A stretch of DNA of 64,000 nt, taken from positions 46,291,474 through 46,355,473 of the forward strand of contig NC_092381.1 of assembly GCF_030028105.1 (NCBI RefSeq), given 5' to 3'. Below are positions 11,433-24,038 of this stretch, piece after piece. Both the position numbers and the translations under genes were made by a program. Below the pieces are notes generated by a model. The model did no database searches. It was not told the DNA's origin and saw nothing but the letters and a program-made list of their open reading frames with translations. Source of the DNA: Mobula birostris (Eukaryota). Numbering within the stretch: the stretch's first letter is position 1; the number at the start of each line of letters is the position of its first letter.

Positions 11433-13870
11433 AACCCAGCACCCAAGTGCCCTCATTACCATCTCGGGTGACTTCAACCATGTCACCATGGCTAGAACAC
11501 TGCCCAACTTCACGCAGTATGTGAGCTGTACAACCAGAGGGGAGAGGACTCTGGATTTGCTGTGCGCTAACGTTAAGGATGCATACAGCTCCTCTCCCCT
11601 CCGCCCTTTGGGAAGGTCAGACCACAACCTGGTGCATCTAAAACCCTGCTACGTGCCTCTGGTGAAGAGTAAACCTGCAACCTCGAGGACAGTGAGGAAA
11701 TGGTCGGAGGAGGCTTATGAGGTGCTCCAGGGTTGTTTTGAGGTGACAGACTGGCAGACACTCTGTGTGCCACATGGAGAGGATATTGATGGGCTCACAG
11801 AATGCATCACTGATTACATCAACTTCTGTGTGGACTGCAATGTTCTGACAAGAACTGCCCTTTGTTATTCAAATAATAAGCCATGGGTAAAAGAGGACAT
11901 TAAGGACATCCTGAATGCTAAAAAGAGGGCATTTAGAGATGGAAATAGGGAGGAGCTGAGGGCAATACAGAGGGACCTGAAAGCCAGGATCATGGAGGCT
12001 AAAGATAGGTACAGGAGGAAGCTTGAGTGGAAACTCCAGCAGAACAACATGAGAGAGGTCTGGAGGGGGATGAGGACCATCACTGGGTTCCAGCAAACTA
12101 GCAACAGAGGAGCTGAAGGCCGTGTGGACAGGGCCAATGAACTTAACCTGTTCTTTAACAGGTTTGACAGTGTGGCCCCAGCCCATCCCACACATGAGCC
12201 ATCTGTTGTCGGCCCCCAACCAAAACGTATTCCACTCTCCCCTTCTACTCCTCCTCACAGTCCCCTACCCTGCTTTCATGACTATACCCCTTGCCCACAC
12301 AAAACCACCACGGTGGGCTTCACAGCTGAACAGGTGAGAAGACAGCTGAAACGTCTCAACCCAAGCAAGGCTACAGGACCGGATAGTGTCAGTACCAGGG
12401 TGCTCAAAGCCTGTGCCCCTCAGCTATGTGGAGTACTTCGCCATGTATTCAACCTGAGCCTGAGGCTCCGGAGGGTTCCTGTACTGTGGAAGACGTCCTG
12501 CCTTGTCCCTGTGCCGAAGATGCCGCGCCCCAGCGGCCTCAATGACTACAGACCGGTGGCATTGACCTCCCACATCATGAAGACCCGGGAGAGACTTGTT
12601 CTGGAGCTGCTCTGGCCTATGGTCAGGCCACACTTAGATCCCCTTCAGTTCGCCTACCAGCCCCGACTAGGAGTTGAGGATGCCATTGTCTACCTGCTGA
12701 ACCGTGTCTACACCCACCTGGACAAGCCAGCGAGCACTGTGAGGGTCATGTTTTTTGACTTTTCCAGTGTGTTCAACACCATACGCCCTGCTCTGCTGGG
12801 GGAGAAGCTGACAGTGATGCAGGTGGATGCTTCCCTCGTCTCATGGATTCTTGATTACCTGACTGGCAGACCACAGTACGTGTGCTTGCAACACTGTGCG
12901 TCCGACAGAGTGATCAGCAGCACTGGGGCTCCACAGGGGACTGTCTTGTATCCCTTTCTCTTCACCATTTACAGCTCGGACTTCAACTACTGCACAGAGT
13001 CTTGTCATCTTCAGAAGTTTTCTGATGACTCTGCCATAGTTGGATGCATCAGCAAGGGAGACGAGGCTGAGTACAGGGCTACGGTAGGAAACTTTGTTAC
13101 ATAGTGTGAGCAGAATTATCTGCAGCTTAATGTGAAAAAGACTAAGGAGCTGGTGGTAGACCTGAGGAGGGCTAAGGCACTGGTGACCCCTGTTTCCATC
13201 CAGGGGGTAAGTGTGGACATGGTGGAGGATTACAAATACCTGGGGATACGAATTGACAATAAACTGGACTGGTCAAAGAATACTGAGGCTGTCTACAAGA
13301 AGGGTCAGAGCCGTCTCTATTTCCTGAGGAGACTGAGGTCCTTTAACATCTGCCAGACGACGCTGAGGATGTTCTACGAGTCTGTGGTGGCCAGTGCGAT
13401 CATGTTTGCTGTTGTGTGCTGGGGCAGCGGGCTGAGGGTAGCAGACACCAACAGAATCAACAAACTCATTCGTGAGGCCAGTGATGTTGTGGGGATGGAA
13501 CTGGACTCTCTGACGGTGGTGTTGTAAAGAGGATGCTGTCCAAGTTGCATGCCATCTTGGACAATGTCTCCCATCCACTACATAATGGACTGGTTGGGCA
13601 CAGGAGTACATTCAGCCAGAGACTCAGTCCACCAAGATGCAACACAGAGCATCATAGGAAGTCATTCCTGCCTGTGGCCATCAAACTTTACAACTCCTCC
13701 CTTGGAGGGTCAGACACCCTAAGCCAATAGGCTGGTCCTGGACTTATTTCCTGGCATAATTTATGTATTACTATTTAACTATTTATGGTTTTATTACTAT
13801 TTAATTATTTATGGTGCAACTGTAATGAAAACCAATTTCCCCCGGGATCAGTACAGTATGACTATGACTA
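11433..13870 (+). mobile_element. Rex1/Babar-type LINE, 5'-truncated in the APE domain, young
   Basis: ORF with SGDFNH and SDHNLV (APE), YRPVALTS, FDFSSVFNTI, GAPQGTVL, KFSDD (RT); only in-frame stops at 13102 and 13525; tail (ATGACT)n. Confidence 0.92.
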
Positions 13871-13974
13871 ATTCCTCATGATATTGAAGAAAGGCTTTCT
13901 GAGTGGATGCTAGCTCTTGGAGTAATCCTTTTTCCCCACTTCTCTGGCAAGACCTGTGGTAGAGGTGTATGTAG

Positions 13975-14580
13975 TCAAAGTCAAAGTGAAAATTTATTAT
14001 CGGAGTACATACATGTCACCACCAACAACCCTAAGATTCTTTTTCTGCGGGCATACTTAGTAAATCTATAGAACAGTAACTGTAAACAGGATCAATGGAC
14101 AACAAACTGCAAATGCAGATAAAAATAATCAGCAAGAAATACCGAGCATGAAATAACAAGATAAAAGTGGCCTTAAATGAGTGTAATTATATCCTTTGTT
14201 CAAGAACCTGATGGTTGGGGGGTAGTAACTGTTCTTGAATCTGGTGGTGTGAGTCCTGAGGCTGTGTACCTTCTCCCTGATGGCAGCAGTGAGAAGAGAG
14301 CATGGCCTGGGTGGTGGGGCTCTCTGATGATGGATGCTGCTTTCCTACAACAGCGTTTCATGTAGATGTGCTCAGTAGTTGGGAGGGGCTTACCTGCGAT
14401 GTACGGGGCCAAAACCACTACCTTTCATAGGAGTTTCTGCTCAAAGGCATTGGTGTTCCCATACCAGGCTGTAATGCAGCCAGTCAGCACACTTTCCACC
14501 ATAAATCTATGACGTTTGCCAAGGTTTTGATGACATGCTGAACCTCCGCAGACTCCTGAGGAAGGAGAGGTGCTTTTGTT
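13975..14580 (-). mobile_element. Rex1/Babar-type LINE 3' fragment
   Basis: RKAASIIREPHHPGHALFSLLPSGRRY motif on the minus strand. Confidence 0.8.
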
Positions 14581-16989
14581 ACATCAATAAGAACAGGTGT
14601 GTGAACGACTCACAGTTCACCTGTGACAGAGTTCTTAGTGGTGGAGGATGTGCACTCCCATTTACCGAGGGAGATTAGTACTATTGTGATTATGGCTGTA
14701 TACATTCTCCCCCCCCCCACCACCACCACCATGCTAATGCTGGCTGGGGAAGCACTGCCTGAGCTGTATAGCAATCCACACACACAGTAAAGTATGGTTT
14801 CTTTATTGTTGCTGGCAACTTCAGCCATGCGAACTTCCAAACAGTCCTCCCTACACTCTATCAGCATGTAGTCTTCGCCACCAGAGGTGAGAACACATTC
14901 GAATTGGTTTATACAAACATCCCTGGTGCATACGAAGCCGTTCACTGTCCTCACCATGAAGCGCCATTAGAGTTGTACTTACTCTTTACCTTTTAACTTG
15001 TGTCACAAAAGCACCTCATTATTTGTTAATTTACTAGCGGTAATATTACTGAATGTGTTTTGTGTACTGTGTTGTGCACCCTGGTCCAGGGGAACGCGGT
15101 TTCGTTTGGCGGTATACACGTGTACAGTTGAAGGATAGTAAACTTGAACTTGAAGCTGATCTCTAACAGAGAATCACTAATGCCCTTAGATTTTCCCACC
15201 AGTCGTCAATTCTAGATATAATTACCAAGATCACCAGAGCTATGAGGCAGTGGCAATACCTAGAGTGTCTTTGTGTTTTGTCTGGTGGCTCTGAGCACAG
15301 AATTGAATCTTTTCCTCTGTTTGCCTGGTAATCACTGTCCATGACAGGACTCAAAGAGAGTGACTGTTTTGGGAGTCTGGTATTGGACCTGCAGATAACT
15401 TGCCTTGCCACCCTGGCTGACTGAGGGAAACTATGGCCTTGATACCAGAAGTTGTTGGCCTGAGGGACAATACTTACACTGATTTGCTTGACCTTACGGT
15501 AACTTTGGAAGATTTTTCAGAGACTGCATTGATGATATTTTTCTAGTATCTTGAAAGCCACAAGAAGATCCTCCACTAATTTGCTCTCTGACAATTAAGG
15601 TCCACAGTGAAACCCTGAAAATAGGCATCATTTTGCAAATTTCGGTGATCATCTCTCGGTATAGGCAGGTATTGAGGATGAAACTTACCAACACCTTCAA
15701 TGCATTAGTGTAGCCTTTGGTCAATTCATTGAAGGCTATTTAATTAAATTCAAAATAAATGAGGAAATGTTGAAAGCATTCAGTAGGTCAGGCAGCATAT
15801 CTAGAAAGTGAAACAGTGTTTACAACTCAGGTTGGAATTGCAAACTTGAGAAAGATACTAATTCTTAGCTTTTAAGTTGTGGGAGGGATGGATACATCAT
15901 TTTGAAAGAAAACAAGAGTGCATCACGAAGCAGTTAACTGTTCAATCTCTGGAGATGTCATTGAGTTGCCTGCCAGTCTATTTTTCCATCCCACCTCCAT
16001 TCTGACCCTTCTGTGGCCATTTTCACTGTTTCCTCAAAACTCAATCTAAGTTTGAGAAGCAACAGCTTAACTTCCATCTGGGCACGCTGCAGCCTTTGAG
16101 CAACTTGCTTTTCTGCCTGAATCAGAACTGGCCAGTTCTGCTGCAATAGTAACTCATTTTCCCTCTCTTCCTAAATGCTGTCTGATCTAGGGCCAGTTCT
16201 TATCTCTCCACATGCACTAAGCTATTGGGCATTTCCAACAGTCTTTCGTTTTTAGTTTTCTGCAACGGCTGTTTTATCCCACAGTTTCTCTCTCTCTAAT
16301 TTCTTTCAGTAATACCAGATGGTTTCTCAAACAGCAAATCCCCTCTTTCTATCACTTTGGAACTGAATGAATGCAGACTGATTTGGATGCAATTAGTCAG
16401 ATTTGTTTTTGTTTACTCGGGAAAGGGACATGTCTGAGCTAATTTCCATATTGTTCAGCACATAGCATACAAACCTTCAGTTATACAGGATATTATCCAA
16501 TCCATTTCAAACCAGTGATAACAGGTGGACATAATTTAGATTGCAGTAACAGAGTTAACTATGTCCTCAAGTATATGTGGGAGAGGGGGCCTGAATGGAT
16601 AGATGGAGGGTGGTTGGATTGGATTGGCATAGTACAGGCTCAAGGAATGTGCAGGTCAGCTACACAACGACGTTAAAGTGTTGAAAATTGCGGGTTCTAG
16701 CAAGTCTGTGGGAACCTTATTCACGAGGTTCCAAAGTTTCAAAATGATGATCATAAACCACTGCAAATAACAAAAAAAAACATACTTGGTACTGAGTCAG
16801 AGATAAAAACAAACGCTGGAAACATTCAGCAGGCCAGGCAGTATAAAGTTAGTTTCTGATGGAAGACCTTGTCTTGTTTTAAGTATTGTTATTTTCTTAT
16901 CCTTGTTTAAAATCTAACAACCTGTTTTTCTTGAGGTGATCAGGGACTTCACCAGAATAGAGGATAATTATCCTCTATGTTAATTGGAG

Positions 16990-17160
16990 ACAGGTTTCCC
17001 CCGCCCCCAATGTACCCAGAATGCCTTGCTGCGCCCCAGCTGACCGGAATGGCGCGAGAATGTAGCGAAAAGTTGAGAGCTGTACGTTTGGAAAAGTTAA
17101 AATGAATCGGCAGCAGTTTTGAGCTTTAATTTAAGAATTTTAACTTTCTCCGCAGCCGAG
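16990..17160 (+). promoter_or_regulatory. Putative ORC1 proximal promoter
   Basis: GC box CCGCCCC (17001), CCAAT (17007), ZNF143/Staf-like TACCCAGAATGCCTTGC (17013), ETS-like CCGGAA, E2F-like GGCGCGAGAA (17051); CpG-rich. Confidence 0.6.
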
Positions 17161-17267
17161 CGAAAATCCAATTTCAAAGTCTGATTTGAGGTTATTTGCA
17201 ACTCTTACTGACGAACAGTGTCAATTTTGTGCTTTCAAAAATCTAAGTTTACCGCATTGCACCCGAA

Positions 17268-17371
17268 ATGAACAAATATACTACGAGGCACAGCGTGCGT
17301 GAAAAACGAATATACACTTGGCAAGGGAGGCCTGCTCGTGTAAACCGTAAATTGCAAGACTTGGTTTATGA
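17268..17371 (+). CDS. ORC1: ORC1 coding exon 1
   Basis: MNKYTTRHSVREKRIYTWQGRPARVNRKLQDLVYE resembles the vertebrate ORC1 N-terminus (YxWxGRP..RKL); donor GA|GTGAGT, phase 2, joins the next exon in frame. Confidence 0.88.
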
Positions 17372-18278
17372 GTGAGTAAGCGCTGCTGCGCACACTTCGC
17401 CCGGTGTTACTTGCTTGGGATCATCTGGTTCGTGGGGTAGAAAAGCATATGCATTTTTATAGAGTACCTACGATCGGGTTCGTTGGCCGTTTGTAGCTGC
17501 CGGTAGCTTGACGTGGTTAAAGGCAGTTTCGATCTCCTATAAGTCTAATACTGTTTTTATCGCTAGTCTAGTCAGTCATTTGCATTTTAACTCCATCTTC
17601 CATTCATCTTCATGTTTTCCACGTGTACTCAGTCAGTTTTTACTTCGGTGATTGTGGGTTTTATATTCGATCTCTTGTGTATAATTGCGCCTGTCAGATT
17701 GATTTGTTTGTAAACCAATGTGATCAGTAGCGAAAGTGGGGATGGGTACGTTTTCCTGGTCCCCTGATATTCCTTACATTGGGTTATATATACCATCTTG
17801 TGACCTGTTTTAACATCTAGACAGTCCCCACTAATCTCGCTCCTCTTTACCGGTCCCATTTGCGGAATTCTTATTGCGAACATTGATACGTAACCTGCAT
17901 AAACTTTGCAGTTAACAGTAAAGTCGACAGGGAAACAGAAACGATATCACAGCCCAGAATTTTGCAGTATGAAAGCACTTAGGTTTTCTTATCTAGTGCC
18001 GTAGGTGTTGATTGACGGAGTTGTGTTCCTCAGATATCTGCTATCTTACATCGTTATATGTGTGTAACCCTTCCAAACGAGCATTAACATTCACAGTGTG
18101 TTACAGTTGAGATTGGCCTAGGAGCTACATTTGATAAGTTAACAGAGCACATATTGAGAAGGAAATCAGCATTTCTGAATATTGACAAATAAAGACAAAA
18201 TTCACTGTCACGCTCAAGCTGAACATCCTGTTGCTGCATCTTTAAAATTGTTGATCTTCAAGCACACGAACTTTCAAG

Positions 18279-18489
18279 CCACACACACAAAATGCTGGAG
18301 GGACTCAGCAGGCCAGGCAGCGTCAATGGAAAAGAGTGCAGTCGACGTTTTGGGCCCAGATCCTTCAGCAGCCCGAAACTTTGACTGTACTCTTTTCCAT
18401 AGATGCTGCCTGTCCTGCTGAGTTCCTCCAGCATTTTGTGTGTGTTGCTTTGATTTCCAGCATCTGCAGATTTTCTTTTGATTGTGATT
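18279..18489 (+). mobile_element. Short PLE-derived palindromic insertion
   Basis: TSD GAACTTTCAAG/GAATTTTCAAG (18268-18278, 18490-18500); long inverted arms; degenerate hammerhead core on the minus arm. Confidence 0.8.
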
Positions 18490-18619
18490 GAATTTTCAAG
18501 TACCCACATGGAAGACTGAATATTGTGGCAATGGGTTCTAAAGACTTCTGAACAATAGAAATACCCTTTTTCCACATTGAGAGAGTTATAGAAATAAGTT
18601 TAATTGGTTTACTCACTTT

Positions 18620-19540
18620 ACACCTGTGACTGTGTGGCTAAGTACAACTCCAACACCATATACTGCTGCGGGCTGTATCAAAGGGAGTGATGAATCGGCA
18701 GACAGGAGGGAGACTGGAAACTTGCCTGGGTGGTGTAATAACAACCACCCCTAACCCAATATCTGTAAGACCAAGGAACTGATAGTAGACTTCAGGAGAG
18801 GGAAACCAGAGGTCCACGAGCCAGTAATCATCGGAGGATGAAAGGTGGAGAGGGCCAGTAACTTCAAGTTTCTGGGTGTCACTGCCTCAGAGGGCCTGTC
18901 CTGGACCCATCACATAAATAATATTGCCAAGAAAGCACAACAGCGCCTCTACTTCGTCAGGGATCTGTGGAGGTTTGGCATGTCATCAAAAACCTTGGCA
19001 AACTTCTATAGATGTGCTGTGGATAGTCTGCTGACTGGCTGCATTACGGCCTGGTATGGGAACACCAATGGCTTTAGGTGGAAAATCCTACAAGAGGTAG
19101 TGGATTTGGCTCAGTACATCACGGGTAAACCCCTCCCAACCATTGAGCACATCTAAATGAAACATTGCCGTAGAAAAGCAGCATCCATCATCAAAGATCC
19201 TCACCACCCAGGCCATGCTCTTTTCTCACTGCTGCCAACAAGTGGAAGGTACAAATGTCTCAGGAATCCCACCACCAGGTTCAAGAACAGTTACTACCCC
19301 TCAACCATCAGGCTCTCGAACAAAAGGGGAGAACTACACTCATTTAAAGATTCTGTTATATCATGTTCATTATTCATTGTGATTTATTTGTATCTGTATT
19401 TGCACAGTTTGTTTACAGTTCCTGATGTTTACAGTTTGCAGTTACTGTTTTATAGATTTGCTAAGTATGCCCATAGAAAAAGAATCCCAGGATTGTATGT
19501 GGTGACACGTATGTACTCTGATACTAAATTTTATTTTGAA
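18620..19540 (+). mobile_element. Rex1/Babar-type LINE 3' fragment
   Basis: FKFLGV...KKAQQRLYF...KAASIIKDPHHPGHALFSLLP; 3' tail taaattttattttgaactttg. Confidence 0.85.
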
Positions 19541-20109
19541 CTTTGGTCAACTTACAGTAAGATGGCAGTCTGCTCAGACACAGCGACTTCTACGGGACCA
19601 ACCAAAGGTGTCACTGCCTTTTGTAAACATACATCTTACAATCTCAAGACCTTGCTGGATATTAAGAACAAAGTACTGCAGGTCAATCCCATCAGCGAGT
19701 TGGTCGTTGGTGGAAATTTGATGAAGCTGGACTTGGTGCGGACCATGCTTCTGCCTGCTATAGAGAGGTGCTGGCACACAAACAGCGAGCAATTGTCTTC
19801 ATCGCTTTTCTTGTGACCCTGTAGGACATTCCCAATGTGGAGTACTGCTAGTCCCTGGATTGTTGGCAAGACAGGTGGTGGGGGATCTGCGTGGCGTTGG
19901 TTGTAGCAAGGACCAGGTCTCAGGCTGTGGCATCACCTGTCTGCAGCTGTCCAGGGGAGCCGGCAGTGTGGTGCGGGGGCCAGGCAGGCTTCGGAGGTCT
20001 CCTTGCCTGTTTGCTTGGCGGAAGAGGAGCTGTATTGTGTTCGCAGTCTGCTGCAACGTTCGTGAACTCAGGGACTTAGACTATACTTTTTTGTGTGACT
20101 GCATGTTTA

Positions 20110-21310
20110 CAGCAATCTTGTATGTGAGGCAATCTCAATGGCTCTTCACACAGATCACCTGGACAATACAATCACCTACGTCAGGATGCTGTTCACTGAC
20201 TATTGCTCAGCATTTAACCCCACCATTCCAACAGTCCTGATCAGTAAGTTACGGAACCTGATCCTCTGTATCTTCCTCTGCAACTGGATACTCACCTTCC
20301 TAACCGGAAGACCACAATCTGTGCAGATTGATATTAATAACTCCTCCTCGCCAATCAACACTGGCGCACCTGAAGGATATGTGTTTAGCCCACTGCTCTA
20401 CTGCCTGTACCCATGACCGTGTGGCTAGGCATAGCTCAAATGCAGTCTAAATTTGCTGATGATACAACCATCATTGGCAGAATCTCAGGCAGAGACGAGA
20501 GGGCGTACAGCAGTGAGATGTACCAGCTGGTTGAGTGGTGTTGCAGCCACAACAACCTTACACTCAACGTCAGTAAGACCAAAGAGCTTCAGAAAGGGTA
20601 GGACGTGGGATCACGAACAAATCCTCAGAGGGGTCAGATGTGGAGAGAGTGAGCAATTTCAAGTTCCTGGGTGTCAAGATCTCTGAGAATCTAACCCGGC
20701 CCTAACATATCGATGCAGCTATAAAGAAGGCAAGACTGTGATTATATTTCATTAGGAGTTTGAGATTTGGTTTGCCACATAAGACACCTGAAAACTTCTG
20801 TAGATGTTCTGTGGAGACCATTCTGACAGGCTGCATCACTGTCTGGTGTGTGGTGGGCTGGAGAAGCTACTGTTCAGGATCGAGAGAAACTGCAGGAAGT
20901 CGTAAAATTAGTCAGCTCCATCTTGGGTACTAGCCTCCATAGTATCCAAGGCACCTTCAAGGAGTGGTGTCTCAGGAAGGCGATGTCCATTATTAAGGAC
21001 CCCCATCACCCAGGACATGCCCTCTTATTGTTATCATCAGGGAGGGTACAGAGAAGTCTGAAGGCACACACACAGTGATTCAGGAACAGCTTCTTCCCCT
21101 CTGCCATCTGATCCCTAATTAGACATTGAACCCGTGAACACTGCCTCACTTTTATTATTTCTGTTTTTGCACTGTTTTTAATTTAACTATTTTATATATA
21201 TATTCACTGTAAGTGCTTTCCTTTTTCGTATATGTATCATGTAACGAATTGTCCTGCTGCCACTAAGTAAACAAATTTCATGACAAACGCCTGTGATATT
21301 GAACCTGATT
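20110..21310 (+). mobile_element. Rex1/Babar-type LINE RT and 3' fragment
   Basis: YVRMLFTDYCSAFN...GAPEG...KFADDTTIIG...IIKDPHHPGH, with frameshifts. Confidence 0.85.
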
Positions 21311-22202
21311 CCGCCTGTATTATTACACTGTGTTTTACACCTTGGGCCACAGAGTTTGGCTGTATTCACAGGTATTCATGTAAGGTTGAATGACAATTAA
21401 ACTTGAACTTGAGAAGCTAGAGTATGACGAGGATCTGGTATCTTAAGAAAACGGGTTGTGGACATTACAGGGTGTAAGTAACTAATAGCTGATTAGTTGA
21501 AGTCGTTCTTCATCCTCCATTGGGCAGGTCTACTACTGAAAGCTGAAAATGGGGGAAAAAATGTTGAGAACTCTTTGCCAGCAGGGAGCTGACCTGCAGA
21601 TAAACGTCTGTATCTTCTGAAGCCAGCTTCAGCATCTTTTATTGGGACCAGTCTCTGAATCTCTGTTAAAAGATCAACTCTGACCGGATGAATTGTCCGA
21701 GTGCTAATGTAGCTCTCCATTCTGATGTCCCAAAGGTGTAGATTTACACCAGCAATTTTATTTTCTGCCTGCTCCTGTCAAGGTGTATTTGACTATATAC
21801 TTCAGCTGTAATCTGATCTGCAGTTTGCAGTGTAATGAAAAATCAGCATTTCAGCAGATTGAATCAACTTAGCACAAAGGAACTTGCAAGCTTAAACTGA
21901 GGTAAGCATGTTGCTCAGGCTCTGAGATGACGTGTATACATAGCAGATTGAATAAAGTTGTTAGGCCGTCCTGATTCTGAGGAGGCTGAAGAGACCAAAG
22001 AGTGGACCCACAGACAGATACGCTGCTGGGACAAGAGATGCCTGGACTGGGGCTGAGGTGAGTAGTTAGTGATATGATCCGTACCAAAATCAGGCCTATT
22101 ATTACAGACCTCTGTGGTGAATTTTGTTGTTTTGTGGCAGCAGTACAGTCAAGAAATAAAAGTTTACTATAAATTATAATGAAAATAAATATATCGTGCA
22201 TT

Positions 22203-22472
22203 GGGCCGGCTGGTGGCGCAATGACATCGGCGCCAGACCCGGGAGCGGAGGTTCCCGGGTTCGAAACCAGTCGGGTCCACTCCCAAGTACGCTTTCCATC
22301 CGTGTCGGGTTGAACGTTGATCGCAACTCGACCTCATAAAATAAAGGGAAAAGTACTGCGAAAATGTCTGTGTGAGGAATGGTGCGCTACACAGTCTCTC
22401 TCTCTCTGGCTCCGCGCCTTGTAAAAAGCCATGAAAAAGACATCATCACGGATGCACGCATACCAAAAAAAA
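22203..22472 (+). mobile_element. tRNA-derived SINE with A-tail and 20-bp TSD
   Basis: A-box TGGCGCAATGA, B-box GGTTCGAAACC; A-tail; TSD GAAAATAAATATATCGTGCA/GAAAATAAATATATTGTGCA (22181-22200, 22473-22492). Confidence 0.88.
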
Positions 22473-23740
22473 GAAAATAAATATATTGTGCAAATGGCAC
22501 TGTTCACTCTGGTCATCTGCGCTGTCCTGACCCTTGGAAGTTCTGAATACTCACCCAAATGCTCCTCGATCTTGAGGGACTACCGAGGAATAGTGGTTGT
22601 TTGCTAATGTCTTTTAAGTGAAACTAATCCATTGTGGCCTGTATAACTTCTGAGCTTCAGCAATGTGGTCACCAGAATAGCAACCCGCTTGGTTCAAAGG
22701 GATGGCAAAAAAATCCCAGAAATGATTTTTAAAAGTTGCTGAAAGGAAAACCATAATATATTTCACATAAAGAATTCCTAGAATTTCAAGGAAGAGGAAC
22801 ACAAAAAGTAAAATCAGAAGTAATTTAAGTTCCATACCAGGTTTGGAACTTAAGTAAAATACAGGGAATAATTGGTATTTGTCCAAATAAGATATAGGTG
22901 CAGTTTTATTCCAGAAACTTTGAGGGTGTTTTTCTCTAACTCTGGTTCTAGGGTGACATTTGAAACCAATATGGAAACTGTGGGGTAGGAGATGTCTGAT
23001 GAGGGGCAAGTGGGTAGTTTCTGAGGTGATGCTCACCTGCTGTTTACAGTGGGCTTCTGTGTGCTCACAATGCATGGACATGGACAATGAAAGCTTTGTT
23101 GTCACTTTCAGAAATACCCTGGAGTCTTTGGAAACGTATTTTTTCCAGAGGCTTTTGGAACTGTCCCTCCTGAATCTGTTCCTCTCCCTAATGATCTCTT
23201 CTGGTGACAGAACTGGGATCAAAGTATGTGTTTAAGGAGTCTGTGGCCTGTCCATCGACTACTCAAGGCCTACTGGGCAGCTATAGTCTTTAACCTATAG
23301 GTTTCTGACTAGTTACTGCAGATACCTGAAGACTGGTGAGATACCACCAATGCTGTCCCTCAAAAGTCCTTCAGATTCTGACGGGTTAGTGAACTATTGT
23401 CAGTGTCCTCTCCTGGGCCAATGTCCTGGTAGCCTTATCATTAGTAAACAGTGGTGTGTTTTTACAACATTCTGGTAGTTTTATGGTCACTATTGGCGTT
23501 ACTGTTTTCATTTCAACATTCATTCGATTGTTGAAATAGTGGCACATTGTCTCAGAATGTAAGGTACAATTAAATGGATAATTCTAGAATCTTTATTTGT
23601 AAGTGGAAGTGAAGCATGATGTCCATTGGTATGCGGGAGAGATTTGCTATAGATATAGTTCCACACGTTAAATGTTGAGGGGAATGAAAACATTTTCCCG
23701 CATCCAAAATAGGTAAAATTGTAAACTCTTCTTTCTTTAG

Positions 23741-23868
23741 AGCCATTCAGGTAGAATATGAAGGAACTTCCAATATTCAGTGCATCAAAATTGAAGATTT
23801 TGTTTTAATCATGAGTGATGATGAGGATCGTCCATATGTGGCAAAGTTGCTAAAATTATTTGAGGAAG
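23741..23868 (+). CDS. ORC1: ORC1 coding exon 2 (BAH domain)
   Basis: ctttag|A; AIQVEYEGTSNIQCIKIEDFVLIMSDDEDRPYVAKLLKLFEE; G|GTAAGG; 128 nt. Confidence 0.93.
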
Positions 23869-24038
23869 GTAAGGACATGTTTCATTGATTTGCCTCTGAT
23901 AAGTTTTCACTGAATTGAAAGGCCATTTCAGTTTTAGATTTTAAAAAAGGCACTTGGGTATCAACTTTTGGTTTCATGGAATGCAGTATTTGACTTTTGA
24001 TCGTACAGAAAGTTATCCAGTACTGTTTAGAATGTGTA

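Noticed and set aside
16991-17005. Exact match CAGGTTTCCCCCGCC to the Tigger left end at 24039
   Set aside because: Only 15 bp, no flanking TA and no further homology; overlaps a GC box; probably coincidence
19157-19816. 219-aa ORF as a host or domesticated gene
   Set aside because: Rex1 C-terminus reading through the 3'UTR into an adjacent repeat
22203-22280. tRNA gene
   Set aside because: A and B boxes present, but no convincing cloverleaf; it is followed by a SINE body, A-tail and TSD
22614-23222. 202-aa minus ORF
   Set aside because: No homology recognised; region looks like decayed LINE or unique intron sequence
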